From Penicillus capitatus (taxonomy: Eukaryota > Plantae > Chlorophyta): DNA of 64,000 nucleotides. The stretch spans positions 1,503,949 to 1,567,948 of the forward strand of contig OZ287698.1 of assembly GCA_965649825.1 (NCBI GenBank), written 5' to 3'. Positions 1 to 11,325 of this stretch are shown here, piece after piece. The position numbers and the translations under genes are program-made. Within the stretch, counting starts at the first letter, position 1. Every line of letters starts with the position of its first letter. Below the pieces are notes generated by a model. That model worked only from the letters and a program-made list of their open reading frames with translations, did no database searches and was not told where the DNA came from.

Positions 1-294
1 GTACAATCTCGTTGAGCGAGGTGGTTGTTCACTTTCTACGCTTGAAGGTAGAACTGTCGGCGCCTGCTCGACGCTCTCCTTTGCGTTCTTCACATTCAAG
101 GACTGCAGCCCTTCGATAGCAGCCAGCTCTCTCTTGTCAATCATGGACAAGTGCAGAAAGAGCTCAGCGAAGTCTTTGCGCCGGCCACGCTTCGCACGCT
201 TTCCTCTCGTAAGCTGCGGCTTCGTCAAAGCGGCCTGGCGTCGCCTTCCTTTCGCACGATTCCCTTTTTCGTTTCTCTGCGTCATTGCGTTCAC
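1..294 (-). CDS. Partial exon of an unknown Arg/Lys-rich protein, running off the left edge
   Basis: Stop-free minus frame after a TTAG acceptor near 295 (VNAMTQRNEKGNRAKGRRRQAALTKPQLTRGKRAKRGRRKDFAELFLHLSMIDKRELAAIEGLQSL...). No family recognised. Confidence 0.3.
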   Translation of the reverse strand, partial: MNAMTQRNEKGNRAKGRRRQAALTKPQLTRGKRAKRGRRKDFAELFLHLSMIDKRELAAIEGLQSLNVKNAKESVEQAPTVLPSSVESEQPPRSTRLY

Positions 295-813
295 CTAAGA
301 GCAACAGCACATTTGCAATGCACTAACAAGACAGCAAACTGCCAAGAATCGGGGCATTTCTTGACCGACCTAGCGCGATGCGGCTAATAATGCCAAGCGA
401 AGAAACAGTGTCACGTTTGGAGGTTCACAGAAAGAGATGCCGTCCAAAGCAAAAAACAATAGAAAGACGTGTTGGTTGGAAGCTACGGTCGCGAGCCTTC
501 GAGAACACCTTCCCATCTGTCGTCATGCGACGCGACGCCGCGGGACGAGAGAGTTCAAATGGCGCCGCGAACGCGTACTGCGGACACGCTTTTCGTGTGC
601 GAGGTCGAATTGGCGTATACAGGCGTTGCCACGCATGTAAGCGACATGCAGATTACTTTGCGCCACGTGTGCACCGTTTTTCAATGCGTTTATCTTCACA
701 GCACCTCGGTTTCTTGTGCTGTTGTCGTCACTGCCACGTTTCCTCGTTCAATATTGTGCGTGATTGTGCAATAAGTTTGTCTGGTTGGGAAGGAAAATAA
801 AATAGCGTCCGAT

Positions 814-1425
814 ATGAAGTTTACGACGCGATCGAATCTGAGCGATTGTAAAGCGTTCATGCAATTCGGTCCTCCTTCAAGAACATCATGTCACGCTGTA
901 CCCGTCAAGGCTTTTTCTTACTGTGCAAAAAATAGACATGCGCATCGGCGCAGACAAAGCACAAGACGTCAGAGTTCGGAGGGAGAGGAGGTGAAGAGGC
1001 AAACCATCGACGAGCACTTTTGGTCAGAAGTCGAAGCGGCGCAGGAAGAGTTAGCGCGTCTGGAGCGCGAAAGGGAAGATTCTCTGCAGAAAGGTCTCCC
1101 ATGTTCGTTGTATTTCTTGTCCTTCAAGCAGAGTTCTGTCAGAATAGTCCGTCGCTTTTCCAAAAGAACGGACCGTCTTTTTCATTCTATTTCGGGTCTC
1201 TACGAAGAAGCTTTGAAACAAGTAAAATCAGGAAATGAAGAAGAAGCGCGTAAATCCCTCATGGTGCGTTGAATACTCACTCGATCTTTGTTGACATGTG
1301 GATGTCTTTACCTATACTAGACGAAGGCTGCTGTCGTTCGGGCGACCCACGTGGCGCAGGAGAAAGCATCAGTGCACTCTGCACTTGCGAGGAAGCTTGA
1401 AGAGGCCATTTGTAAGGATGACTAA
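814..1425 (+). CDS. Small coiled-coil protein, possibly organelle-targeted
   Basis: ORF 814-1263 (basic/Ser-rich N-terminus, then EVEAAQEELARLERERED helix), GT-AG intron 1264-1320, then TKAAVVRATHVAQEKASVHSALARKLEEAICKDD* (TAA 1423-1425). Confidence 0.55.
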
Positions 1426-2009
1426 TCGATGATGATGTTCACGATCAATGAGCTTTTCTGTAGATAGAAAGCAGCTGCGTCTTCTGGACAAGGTTATTGA
1501 AGCCGGAAGGGGATTGCGAGACAAAGAGGTTCCCAGTTGAGTAATCTTGGGGAACCGTAGCGAGATGCACGGTGCGCGAGAGTATGGGGAAAAGATGGTG
1601 ATTTTGGTTCTAAGGATCTCAAGCGTATAGCAAATGGTTCTTTCACAGATGACACTAACGCGGTTCAGTACATGTAATCCCATGTCCTTCGATAGCTATT
1701 AAATGGCTCTCGCTATTCGTTTCACGATTGATCAACCTGTACTCCAAAATTCCTCTCTATGAACTCGCCGTCATTTGTGAAATCCAGTGCTCTAAATAAT
1801 CAGTAAAATAAAACACCCATTTAAGCTGCAATAATGCACAAAGACTATGCTTTTCCACGATTCCCATTTTCATCTTGAACATTGGACTTCGTAGACTAGA
1901 TAACAACTCGTTTGTTTCACCCGTGCTAGAATCTGAGTGGGGCCCCGTGGGATCATCGTTAAAGTCCTGCACCCGTCTTATCCTAGAACAGTAGACTTAT
2001 TGGTGCAGG

Positions 2010-2642
2010 TTATGATTTCGGGAGATTATTGTATTTAATCAAAACTAGCGGAGGCTCGTCGTCATTTCTATTAAACTCTGTGCGCAATGGCACCCATCTC
2101 TGATGATTGCCTGGACCCGCCTAAGACGCACATCGTTCGACAGACTTTGTCCTGTCATTCGAAAGCCATACCTCAATGAGTCGGCGGACAGGAAACGAAG
2201 CCTTCGCAAGCACAGAATTCGTGTTCATCTTATTTTGGTGGTACACAGTAATTTCCACTTTCTCAACGGCACCTGGCTTTACCATTCCAATCTCTACCAT
2301 CTGCATGTTCCATACGGGAGATGCTGTGTGGTGTTCTACAGACGTTCGGCCTAAAAGTTCGGTGTCGGCTATGCTAGTATCACACAGTCACGCGTGCTTA
2401 CCTCGAATCTTTCGGAATTTAAACTCGGCGAACGCATTGATAACACTCGGCGCAAAGCAGCAGAGCGCTTGTGGGCGCTCGAGGTTCTTTGCCGAAAGGA
2501 TGGCGAATTGGACAGTCTGGACGTTGTCTGCCAATACATCGACCTTCACTTCCTCGGTTACGATTTCGGTTTTTTGCGTTTCTGGACGACACGACTCGGT
2601 CGTGGAGTACAAACAAGCAGAATAGACTGAAGTACTGTTCAT
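2010..2642 (-). CDS. C2-domain protein, 3' part; upstream exons (possibly to ~3600) unresolved
   Basis: Removing GT-AG introns 2351-2401 and 2121-2171 (51 nt each) gives VQFAILSAKNLERP...INAFAEFKFRKIRGRTSVEHHTASPVWNMQ...VEITVYHQNKMNTNSVLAKASFPVRRLIE...WVPL, the C2 strand pattern. Confidence 0.6.
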
Positions 2643-4399
2643 CGTTCTTTACTGTTTTGACTTGGAGAAATCAAAGGGTGCCGCGGAGGAGAGAGATTAT
2701 CCGCCACGGTGACAAGACTTGACGTTACCGTGATGAATAGACCATACATACACTCTATCCGGTATGTGGAGGTAGCGTATGTGCTCTGCATATCTCTATG
2801 TGCGAACCGATGTGCATGCATCCCCTTTGTACATGCTAGAGGCGTGCTGAGGAAATTCAATCCTTCAACTAACACATTCAGATTACCAAGAGCACCACTC
2901 TTTTGTCTAACGCAGCCTTACAGCGACGATGAGAGCCATGAGATGTCTTCTCGTTGGTGTGGTGTTGAATGCGCTTCGACATGCGAAGAACTGACACATC
3001 GTTCAGATCACAACAACTGTTTTTAACGTCTCACCGTGACACGCTGTAGGTGGATATCGAAAAAGACGGTGTCGTGTTATTTTGAATATGATGTGACTGC
3101 GGTCCTCAAGAACATGAGAACATTTGCACCATTGCCATTGTTACGAACTTCCCCTGTTAAGTATGTTTCGGTTTTTACACTGCACCGGACAGGGTCCCAT
3201 CATGACTTCTTAAATGGTGAGGCATGTCTGAACATTGTAGTATCTTTGTCGCCGGTCGCTTCTTCCAGAGATCCTACGTCCACCTCCGAGGGGCCGGCTC
3301 GGCTGTCGGTAGATCGTCCGGGCCTAATAACACGAGGTCGACGCTCTGATCTTCGGAACTGCGTCTTGATCCGTCTGGGATGGGGTTGTTCACAACGCGT
3401 TCCGCGCCCCGTCGTTGGAGTTCCGCTTGTTCCCTGATTCGGAAAGAGTTTAAGTTCTCGTGGAAGGTTGGATGCAGCGGTGGATATGGAACGGACGCGC
3501 GTCGCGGTTCCTGCTCGTCGTTGGTACGTTCCAGGATGGCCGAAAACAAGGTCTTAACAGAGTGCGCAAAAGATAACAACATGTATCCCAAAGCGTCCCT
3601 TAAATTTCCCCCATTGAGAAGACGGGTGAGTCAGCTCCACCCGAGAGCCAGAGAAAGTGGTCCGTTGAAGACAGTTGACAAGATAGGCAGCGCCCCCGCG
3701 CATGGCTGGCCCCCATAGAACAAGGCAGTGTCACATCGCTCGGCGACAATCTTGCGTTTACAAAAGGACCTCGACTTTCTCGTTTGCATCACATTCAATA
3801 TTTCAGCCGCGATATGTCAAAGGATTAGGGCCGTCATGATGTGACTGTCTTGTTGTCCAAGGGTTCTGTCTCTTAAGGGGCGCTTACACGACGTGTCATG
3901 TCACTTGTGGCATACAAAGACATAAACGAAAACACGTGTATACCTTTGCTCTGTAATACGTGAACCTTTCCTTTGACACGATAAGAACAACATTCGTTAA
4001 TGACAACTTAATGTGGATAGACGGATACGGATTTTTCCAAGACAAATGTGGTTTATGTTTGATGCGTAGTGCCAGGCACACTTCAGATATTAAATTCTCC
4101 CACAAGCCTGGAATACTTTGATTGTAGGCAGAACTAAATGCTTCTTTAAACTGTTTAGTTTATTTGAAGACAGCAAAACAATAATACAACACGACAAGCA
4201 AACCGTCGACTCCGACTTGAATTCGCGATGCAATCGAAAAAACAAGTGTTCTATGCTTCTTCAACTGATTGGACTAAAGACAACAGGTTGCGTGATGTTC
4301 ATCTGGTTGAGATTTTGAATAGACTGATGAGAAAGAAGGAATGTCAAATTGTACTCACTACTTGACTTCCAAGAACGAGGAAATAAATGAGCTTACAAA

Positions 4400-7300
4400 C
4401 TACCCATTTGTTTTGATATGCTTCAGCAATCCAGGAAACGTCTCGTCAAACTCTCGTCTCAGAATCCCGACATAGAGGTCAACTTCATTTTTACTCCACC
4501 TTCCGATTTCTTGGGAAAACGTCATATGCAAAGTTAAAGAAACATCTACCTCTCTAGATGAACAACGTGTAAGAGCATTCAATACGAAAAAGATAGAAAA
4601 TCCCTTTTGAAATTTATGGGGAAAAGATACGGCTAGAGTAATGACCTCCGAGAGTCGAATGCTGTTTAGTGCCTTCATCGCCGATTCCCTGACGCTGAAG
4701 TCTTTGTCATGTAATCGTTGATCCACCATTGGTAAAAGGTCCCCAGTGAGTTGTGTCATTGACCGAATAATTCTCCCGATTACCGCCATTCCACTTTTCC
4801 GCACAAAAGAATCGATGTCATTGCATACCATCTCTAGGATTGGAAGCACATCGTCTATAATGTGTGGAACCCTTTTGATAACACTTTCGAAAGACTCCAT
4901 GGATTTCGCGCGGACGTAAGATGATTCATCACCGCATCCGCTCTTAAGCATATGCAACAAGTCGTCTGCGAGATGTGGAACTTCTTCAACAATCGGACCA
5001 ATTGCCTCCACCCCTCTTTCGCGGACATCGGAATCTTCGTCTTCGCATCGTTTCGCAAGAATCTGCAATAAAACACTTGCAAAGTGAGGGGCCTCTCTAA
5101 TGATGCTTCCGGAGGCTTTCATGGCTTTCATACACACGTCGAGATCGGCTTTGTCAAGAATGTCATCCAACATCGGAAGAAGACCACCAATTAACTGAGG
5201 AGGTGCCATTACGGTGTGCCTTTTAATGCGCATCGCTTTCTCGTACACGTGAAAGTCTCCATCGTCGCACCCTTTCTCGAGCACGGGCAGCAAGCTGTTC
5301 GACAATTGTGGCGCTGCCGCGAGGACCTTTCCAACGGCTTCCATCGCTCTCCTGCGTATGTAAATGTCTCCATCGTCGCACCCTTTCTCGAGCACGGGCA
5401 GCAAGCTGTTCGACAATTGTGGCGCTGCCGCGAGGACCTTTCCAACGGCTTCCATCGCGCCGTTGCGCACGAGAGTGTTACCATCGTCGCACCCTTTCTC
5501 GAGCACGGGCAGCAAGCTGTTCGACAATTGTGGCGCTGCCGCGAGGACCTTTCCAACGGCTTCCATCGCGCCGTTGCGCACGAGAGTGTTACCATCGTCG
5601 CACCCTTTCTCGAGCACGGGCAGCAAGCTGTTCGACAATTGTGGCGCTGCCGCGAGGACCTTTCCAACGGCTTCCATCGCTCCCCTGCGTATGTAAATGT
5701 CTCCATCGTCGCACCCTTTCTCGAGCACGGGCAGCAAGCTGTTCGACAATTGTGGCGCTCCAGCGAGGATGTTTCCAACGGCTTCCATCGCTCCCCTGCG
5801 TATGTGAATGTCTCCATCGTCACACCCTTTCTCGAGCACGGGCAGCAAGCTGTTCGACAATTGTGGCGCTCCAGCGAGGATGTTTCCAACGGCTTCCATC
5901 GCTCCCCTGCGTATGTGAATGTCTCCATCGTCACACCCTTTCTCGAGCACGGGCAGCAAGCTGTTCGACAATTGTGGCGCTCCAGCGAGGATGTTTCCAA
6001 CGGCATAGATCGCGCCGTTGCGCACCTCAATGTCTCCATCGTCGCACCCTTTCTCGAGCACATGCAGCAAGCTCTTCGACAATTGTGGCGCTGCTGCGAG
6101 GACCTTTCCGATGTCTTCCATCGCTCTAACGCGCACATCGGAGAATGTTTCGCCACAACGATCCTCAAATTTATGCACCAAAACGTCCCTAAGGCTCGGC
6201 GCTATCATCATAATATGTCCAATTTCCTCAAGTGATTTTTTCTGCACGTCAACGTTTTTGCTCTCGGACCTACTCTCCAATGTCGCGAGTAGATTGATGA
6301 CAAGGTATGGCGCCTCTCTGACGATATGTCCAATTGCATCTAACGATTCTTTTTGAACATCGGCATTTTCGTCGGAACGCTTTTTCTTCAGCATGCGGAT
6401 TAACTCAGCTGCGTGTTTCGGCGCTTCCTTGACAATGTGTTCGATGGCATCCATGGCTTTCTTGCGCACTTCGGGGTTTTGATCAGCACATCCTTGATCA
6501 AGCATTTGCATTTGACCGTGGAAAAGGTATCCCGACGCAATCGTGGTGTATCGAATGGCTTCCATCGCTCTCTTGCGACCTTCTGAGTCTTCGTCATTGT
6601 ACTGTCTTTGCAGCAATTCGAACAATTCGGCACTGTGCTGAGGCGCTTCCTTGACGAAATATCCCACAGCCTCCATTGCTCTCTTGCGCACTTCGGACTG
6701 TTCGTTACTGCACAGTCCCTTTAGCATTTTAAACAAATCAGCACTGTGATCAGGAGCTTCCCTAACGATATTTCCAATGGCCTCTATTGCACTTTTTCGA
6801 ACTTCCGGGCTTGGGTCCATAAACCCTTTTTCGAGCTTAGGAAACATGTTCCTTAAGAGGTGTGGCTTTTCCCCGATGAGTTGCCCAATGACCTCCATCG
6901 CTTTTTCGCGCACATCGGAGTCCGAGTCATTGCACGTCATCTTTAGCATTGGCAGAAATTCGTTAGCGAGGTTTGGAGCTTGTTTGACGATGTGCTTAAT
7001 GCACTTCACTGCTTTCTCGCGTACGGTGGCGTCTGCGTCGTTGCACCCTCTCTCGAGCATGTGGAGTTGGTTGGTCAAGAGATGTGGCGCCATCCTAAAG
7101 ATGTGATTGATTGCATCCATTGTTCTTGCACGCACGCCAGCGTTTAAATCTTGGTATCCGCCTTCAATCGTGGGCAATACATTGTTCAAGAGATCTGGCA
7201 CTGACCCGACAACACAGCCAACGGCCTCCACTGCTCTCTCACGTATATCTGGATTCTCATCCTTGCAGTATTGCTTAAGCATTGGAATGAAGTCAGTTGC

Positions 7301-10300
7301 GAATGTCGGCACCCCTCTTGCAAGAAGTAGCATTCTTGTCATAGCTACCTTTCTATCGCGAGAGTTTTTGGCTTGATTTACCACTTGCAAGAACGATGAA
7401 ATTATGTCACTAACACGTCTCGGTGTGTGCTTTGCAAGCTTTAGTACGTCTTCGATTTTGGCTTCTTCGTTCTTTGTTAGGTATCCTGCACTTTCCAGGC
7501 TTTGCTTCACTCTCTCTATTGTAAGGTTGAGCACTTGTGAGAATTTACGTAAAACAGAAGGACACCGTTCAAGCCTCTGGACCACAAATTGACGGATTGG
7601 AAGATAGTCGATAGTGCTCTCTAACAGCTGACGAGCCCCTTTAACGAGTTCCAGCGCCTCTTCGTTTTTCACCAGAGACTCCAGATCAACTTCGTTCGCT
7701 TCTGCTAAGCTTGCCTCAAGAACTCGCATTCGCAAAAAGAAGTGTTGCACCCCGAGAACCTCAACGGGCTCACTATCAACGATTATAAGCATCTCATGTA
7801 ATGCGTCTTCCCCGTGATCTTGAGAAAATGCATGCATTGCGAAGCATAGTACCAAAGCATGTTGTTGGTTGTATTTTCCTTTTTGAATGAAATCGAGCAC
7901 TCTGTTTTCTTCATCTGATCCCTTTCTTCGCAAGCCATGAGCGATGTACCTTCCGGCAAAGTATTCTTGAAATGTCAAATGTGGAAATTGATACTCGCTT
8001 CCCTCCAGTAGAAGCAAGAGGAATCCACTTTCTTTAAAAAACTTCGATGCATATGTCGATGTTGCACATCTTTCAACGGTTTTTTCTTCAATGAGTATTT
8101 GTCCAGTCCGAAGTGCTTCGAATGCAATCTTCTCTAAGTCTTTAAAAATGATTCTCTTGTTTGCCTTCTCTGCTTCTGGCTTTTCTTCAAACCTCTTCCA
8201 AACGAAACTTGTCATATCGGTATAAATCTGATATATGTTCGCTCTATTCACTCGGTCTTCAATAGCCGTACCATGTTCTTTCGACAAGGAACAGAGAATA
8301 TCAGCCGTTACTGGAGTGTGAGCCATCTCCCAGAGAGCCGGATTACTGTGCAAGGCATTGACAAGTGTTGCAGCTTGCTCCTTTTGCAATTCTCTGTGAA
8401 TGTGGTTTCTCAATTGTTGGTCATTGAATCCAAGGCACTCGAATTTGAAATCGACCTTTTTCTGCATCTCTCGCAGATTGTACGGTCGTGTCGTTATAAG
8501 AAGTTTGCACAAACGCTCCAGCGCAACAGAAAGAATCTCTGTTGCATCGTCATTGGCTTCGTCCATTCCATCGAACACCAACAACGTAGAGCGAAAGTCA
8601 AGGTCATCGTCCACTTGATTGACTAAATCTGCATATTCTGCATCGTTTCTCTCTTTCTTGAAACACATCCGCGCAATCACTTCACTTAGCCTTTCCCCCC
8701 GCCACCCTCTGGATTTTACGACGTTGAGAGCTCTGATCGGAACAACGTAGACGGATTTAAACTCTTGCAATAGTTCTCCTGATGCCCATCTGTTCGCAAT
8801 GACTTTACTGATGCATGTCTTTCCGCAGCCTGGATTTCCGTAAAGGAGAACTCTTCTGATTTCGCTCTTTGGAATACCCACTTCCAGCGATCGTGGTTTG
8901 AAGAGGTCTTTCAGCGTAACTGGTGTTTTGAGTTTCTTCTTGTGCTCGTAGTATTCTTGTTGATGATTACTTTCTTCGGATGAGGATCCATCCACCTCTT
9001 TATCAAAGCCTTGTCTTTCTTCCAGATGTTCTTGCTTTTCTCGCGATTCCCTTTTATCGACGACTTCTTCGTGCATGACAATATAGTGCTCCATTTCTTT
9101 TACGTGTTTACTACGTTTCGGTTCAAGCAAAGAGAACACCTTGAAAAAAGCTATCTTGGTTGATTAAGAATAACAGAAACGCACTCACCTTTGCAAAGTT
9201 GTCGTGTAGGTACGTCTTTTCGAGATCTTCAACATTCGTTAATATCGTCGATAAAGGAAGGAATCCAACATTTTTACCAATCTTGAGAAAGACATCTTCA
9301 CGATCCTTGCTCGTCACTTCTTTGCGTTGCATTTGCAGCTTGTTTTCCATGGTATCATTGCCCAGCCATGACGTCAACGCCGTTTTTGCACGATCGGCAC
9401 AAGCTTGTTGCATCTCTTTGAGCGCTCTGGCTGTTTCGCTATTGTCTTCGTCAAATGTGTGAATCTCGTGTAGTGCATCCAACAGAGCTACAACGACGTC
9501 TGCATCGTGGAGCCAGTCTTCAACAACAGCTTGGTTTATCGCGATCTCCGTTAGCTTCTTTGTCGCCTCTTTACGTACATGCTTACAACTGCTCGTGTTC
9601 GCTAGTATCCTCATTTCTAGGATGATTCCATATCTGAGGGCCTTCATATCTTCTTCTCGTTTGATCTGACAATGTCCTTCCATCACTAAGTCATGTGAGG
9701 ATACCAAAAGCTCAAGCTTGGTTTCTTCTTTGAGTGCGCCGAGCCTTGCCGCTGTTAGTATTTGGAGCAAGTCATACCACTGTCTCTCTGATACTCCAGC
9801 ATTGGCAATAGCTCTTCGGCTTTTTCGATAAACATCTTCAACTGCAGAGGGATCGATATCACCGCCTGCCAGTTTTCTGAGAAAGTGGAAGACATGCACT
9901 CCACCGTAAAGACCGGCTATGGTACGTCTTTTTGCTTGCGTGAGAGCCGACGGGGCGTTTTCAATTTCCAGACGTTCAACCGCTTGCTGAATAAGCTGGA
10001 AATGAAAGGAGACAGGGTAGTAACGAAGAGATAGCTTCATCTCCTCTCTCTTTTCTGCGACTACTCTGCGAAACTCTATCTTCTCTTCTTCGAGAAAATA
10101 GCCACGACCGATGCTTTGCAGAAGAAAAAAGACCTGATGGATACAGAGGAAGTTTGCTTCGTATTTTAGAAAATTGTGTTTTGTGAGCCTGGGTCTGGAA
10201 GACAGGCTGAGTAATAGGTCTAAGCCCAGATCCGTCAACTGAGCGGCGTCGTCATAGACTGCAGAATCAGTCCACGTGAGTGCGCTGAACAGAGCTTTCG

Positions 10301-10697
10301 CAACGTCCTCGTCGAGAAATTCGCCTGGACTGATCAGTGAACCGAGTCCATAGACCAATTTTCTCAGCATGTTGGCATCTTGTTCGGAGACGTGAACGAC
10401 TTTAGCTAATTCTGCATACTCAAGGACGCCCGTCGGTTTGAGGCAGTCGTTCTTGCTTTCGTCATATTTGCGTAGCCATTGAAGAAGAACGGCTCGCTCA
10501 TTGTCATCTTTTGCGGCATTGTATGCGGCGACAAGCGACGCAGTACATACAATGTCGTATTTCTTCGCGACGGCGCGAAGGAATTTTGGTCCAGTTCCTT
10601 TCTGGACGTTAGAGTCTGGAAGGCAGAGTCTGCTGCCGCTTCCCGACGCTGACGGTCCTTTTTCGGACGGTTCTTCGTCTGAAAACCGGGACTGCAT
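4400..10697 (-). CDS. NLR-like STAND protein (~2080 aa): unknown helical N-terminal domain + NACHT NTPase + long HEAT-repeat array
   Basis: ORFs 9123-10889 and 4400-9139 join via one 49-nt GT-AG intron (9140-9188; NFAK|VFSLL). Walker A GNPGCGKT, Walker B LLVFDGMDE, NACHT-associated YQFPHLTFQEYFAG, then many VRxxAxxAIGxI HEAT units. The start ATG at 10697 is inferred; the frame is open further upstream. Confidence 0.9.
5259..6125 (-). repeat. Coding tandem repeat: 8 units of 111 bp (37-aa HEAT repeat)
   Basis: The gcacgggcagcaagctgttcgacaattgtggcgct core starts at 5281, 5392, 5503, 5614, 5725, 5836 and 5947, with a variant at 6058; exact 111-nt period. Confidence 0.97.
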
Positions 10698-11325
10698 GTT
10701 TCGTAACCTATACAACAGTTTCAATGACGCCAGGTAGAAAGGCACGTGAAGAACAGGCTTGTTCGTTTCTTCCGATACGCGAAATTCACAGAAAAGTTCG
10801 CAGTAGCAGATACGATGTGAAAGATGGTGTTCTTGACGTTCAAATTCAGTTAGATAATCGGCCGAGTACACAGCTGCAGCTAAATGCAATTAATTCTCTT
10901 ATCAAGGCCATTTCTGCATAGGCATTCAGCTGCCCGTACTGACTGACTTCTTTTGTCTCTTTTGGCTTGAAGCGGGCAATGACCAAAGCCTTTGTCAAGC
11001 AGGTAAGAAAGAGTGATGATTCGAAACAGCCAGCCGAGATTGAAATCGAATGGACTTATCAAACAAGAACAGTTCTCAAATCACCAGTACTTTCTAATGA
11101 TCCAAAATTCGGCCAACAAAATCGATCCGCGCCAAAGACAGAGTCAACGAAAGCAAACGATCTCGAAAGACATGATCGACATCCGATCAATCCGTCTGCA
11201 GATCGATCACAGGAGAGTCAATCAAATAACGAAAGTCATGGCGTTCTGCTATGTCTAACAAGCATCACAGGGCATCTGCACTGCGTTTTGGATGCCGTTT
11301 GAATCCAAGTAAAGTATCTCTGGTC

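Noticed and set aside
1700-4300. Possible transposon or viral remnant beside the NACHT gene
   Set aside because: No transposase, RT, integrase, TIR or LTR seen; part of the region is a spliced C2-domain gene.
5209-6356. Long overlapping ORFs in other frames and on the + strand (319, 339 and 273 aa)
   Set aside because: By-products of a stop-free 111-bp unit repeated eight times; they begin and end with the array.
10967-11302. 111-aa hydrophilic + strand ORF
   Set aside because: No motif, and competing frames; cannot be supported without expression data.
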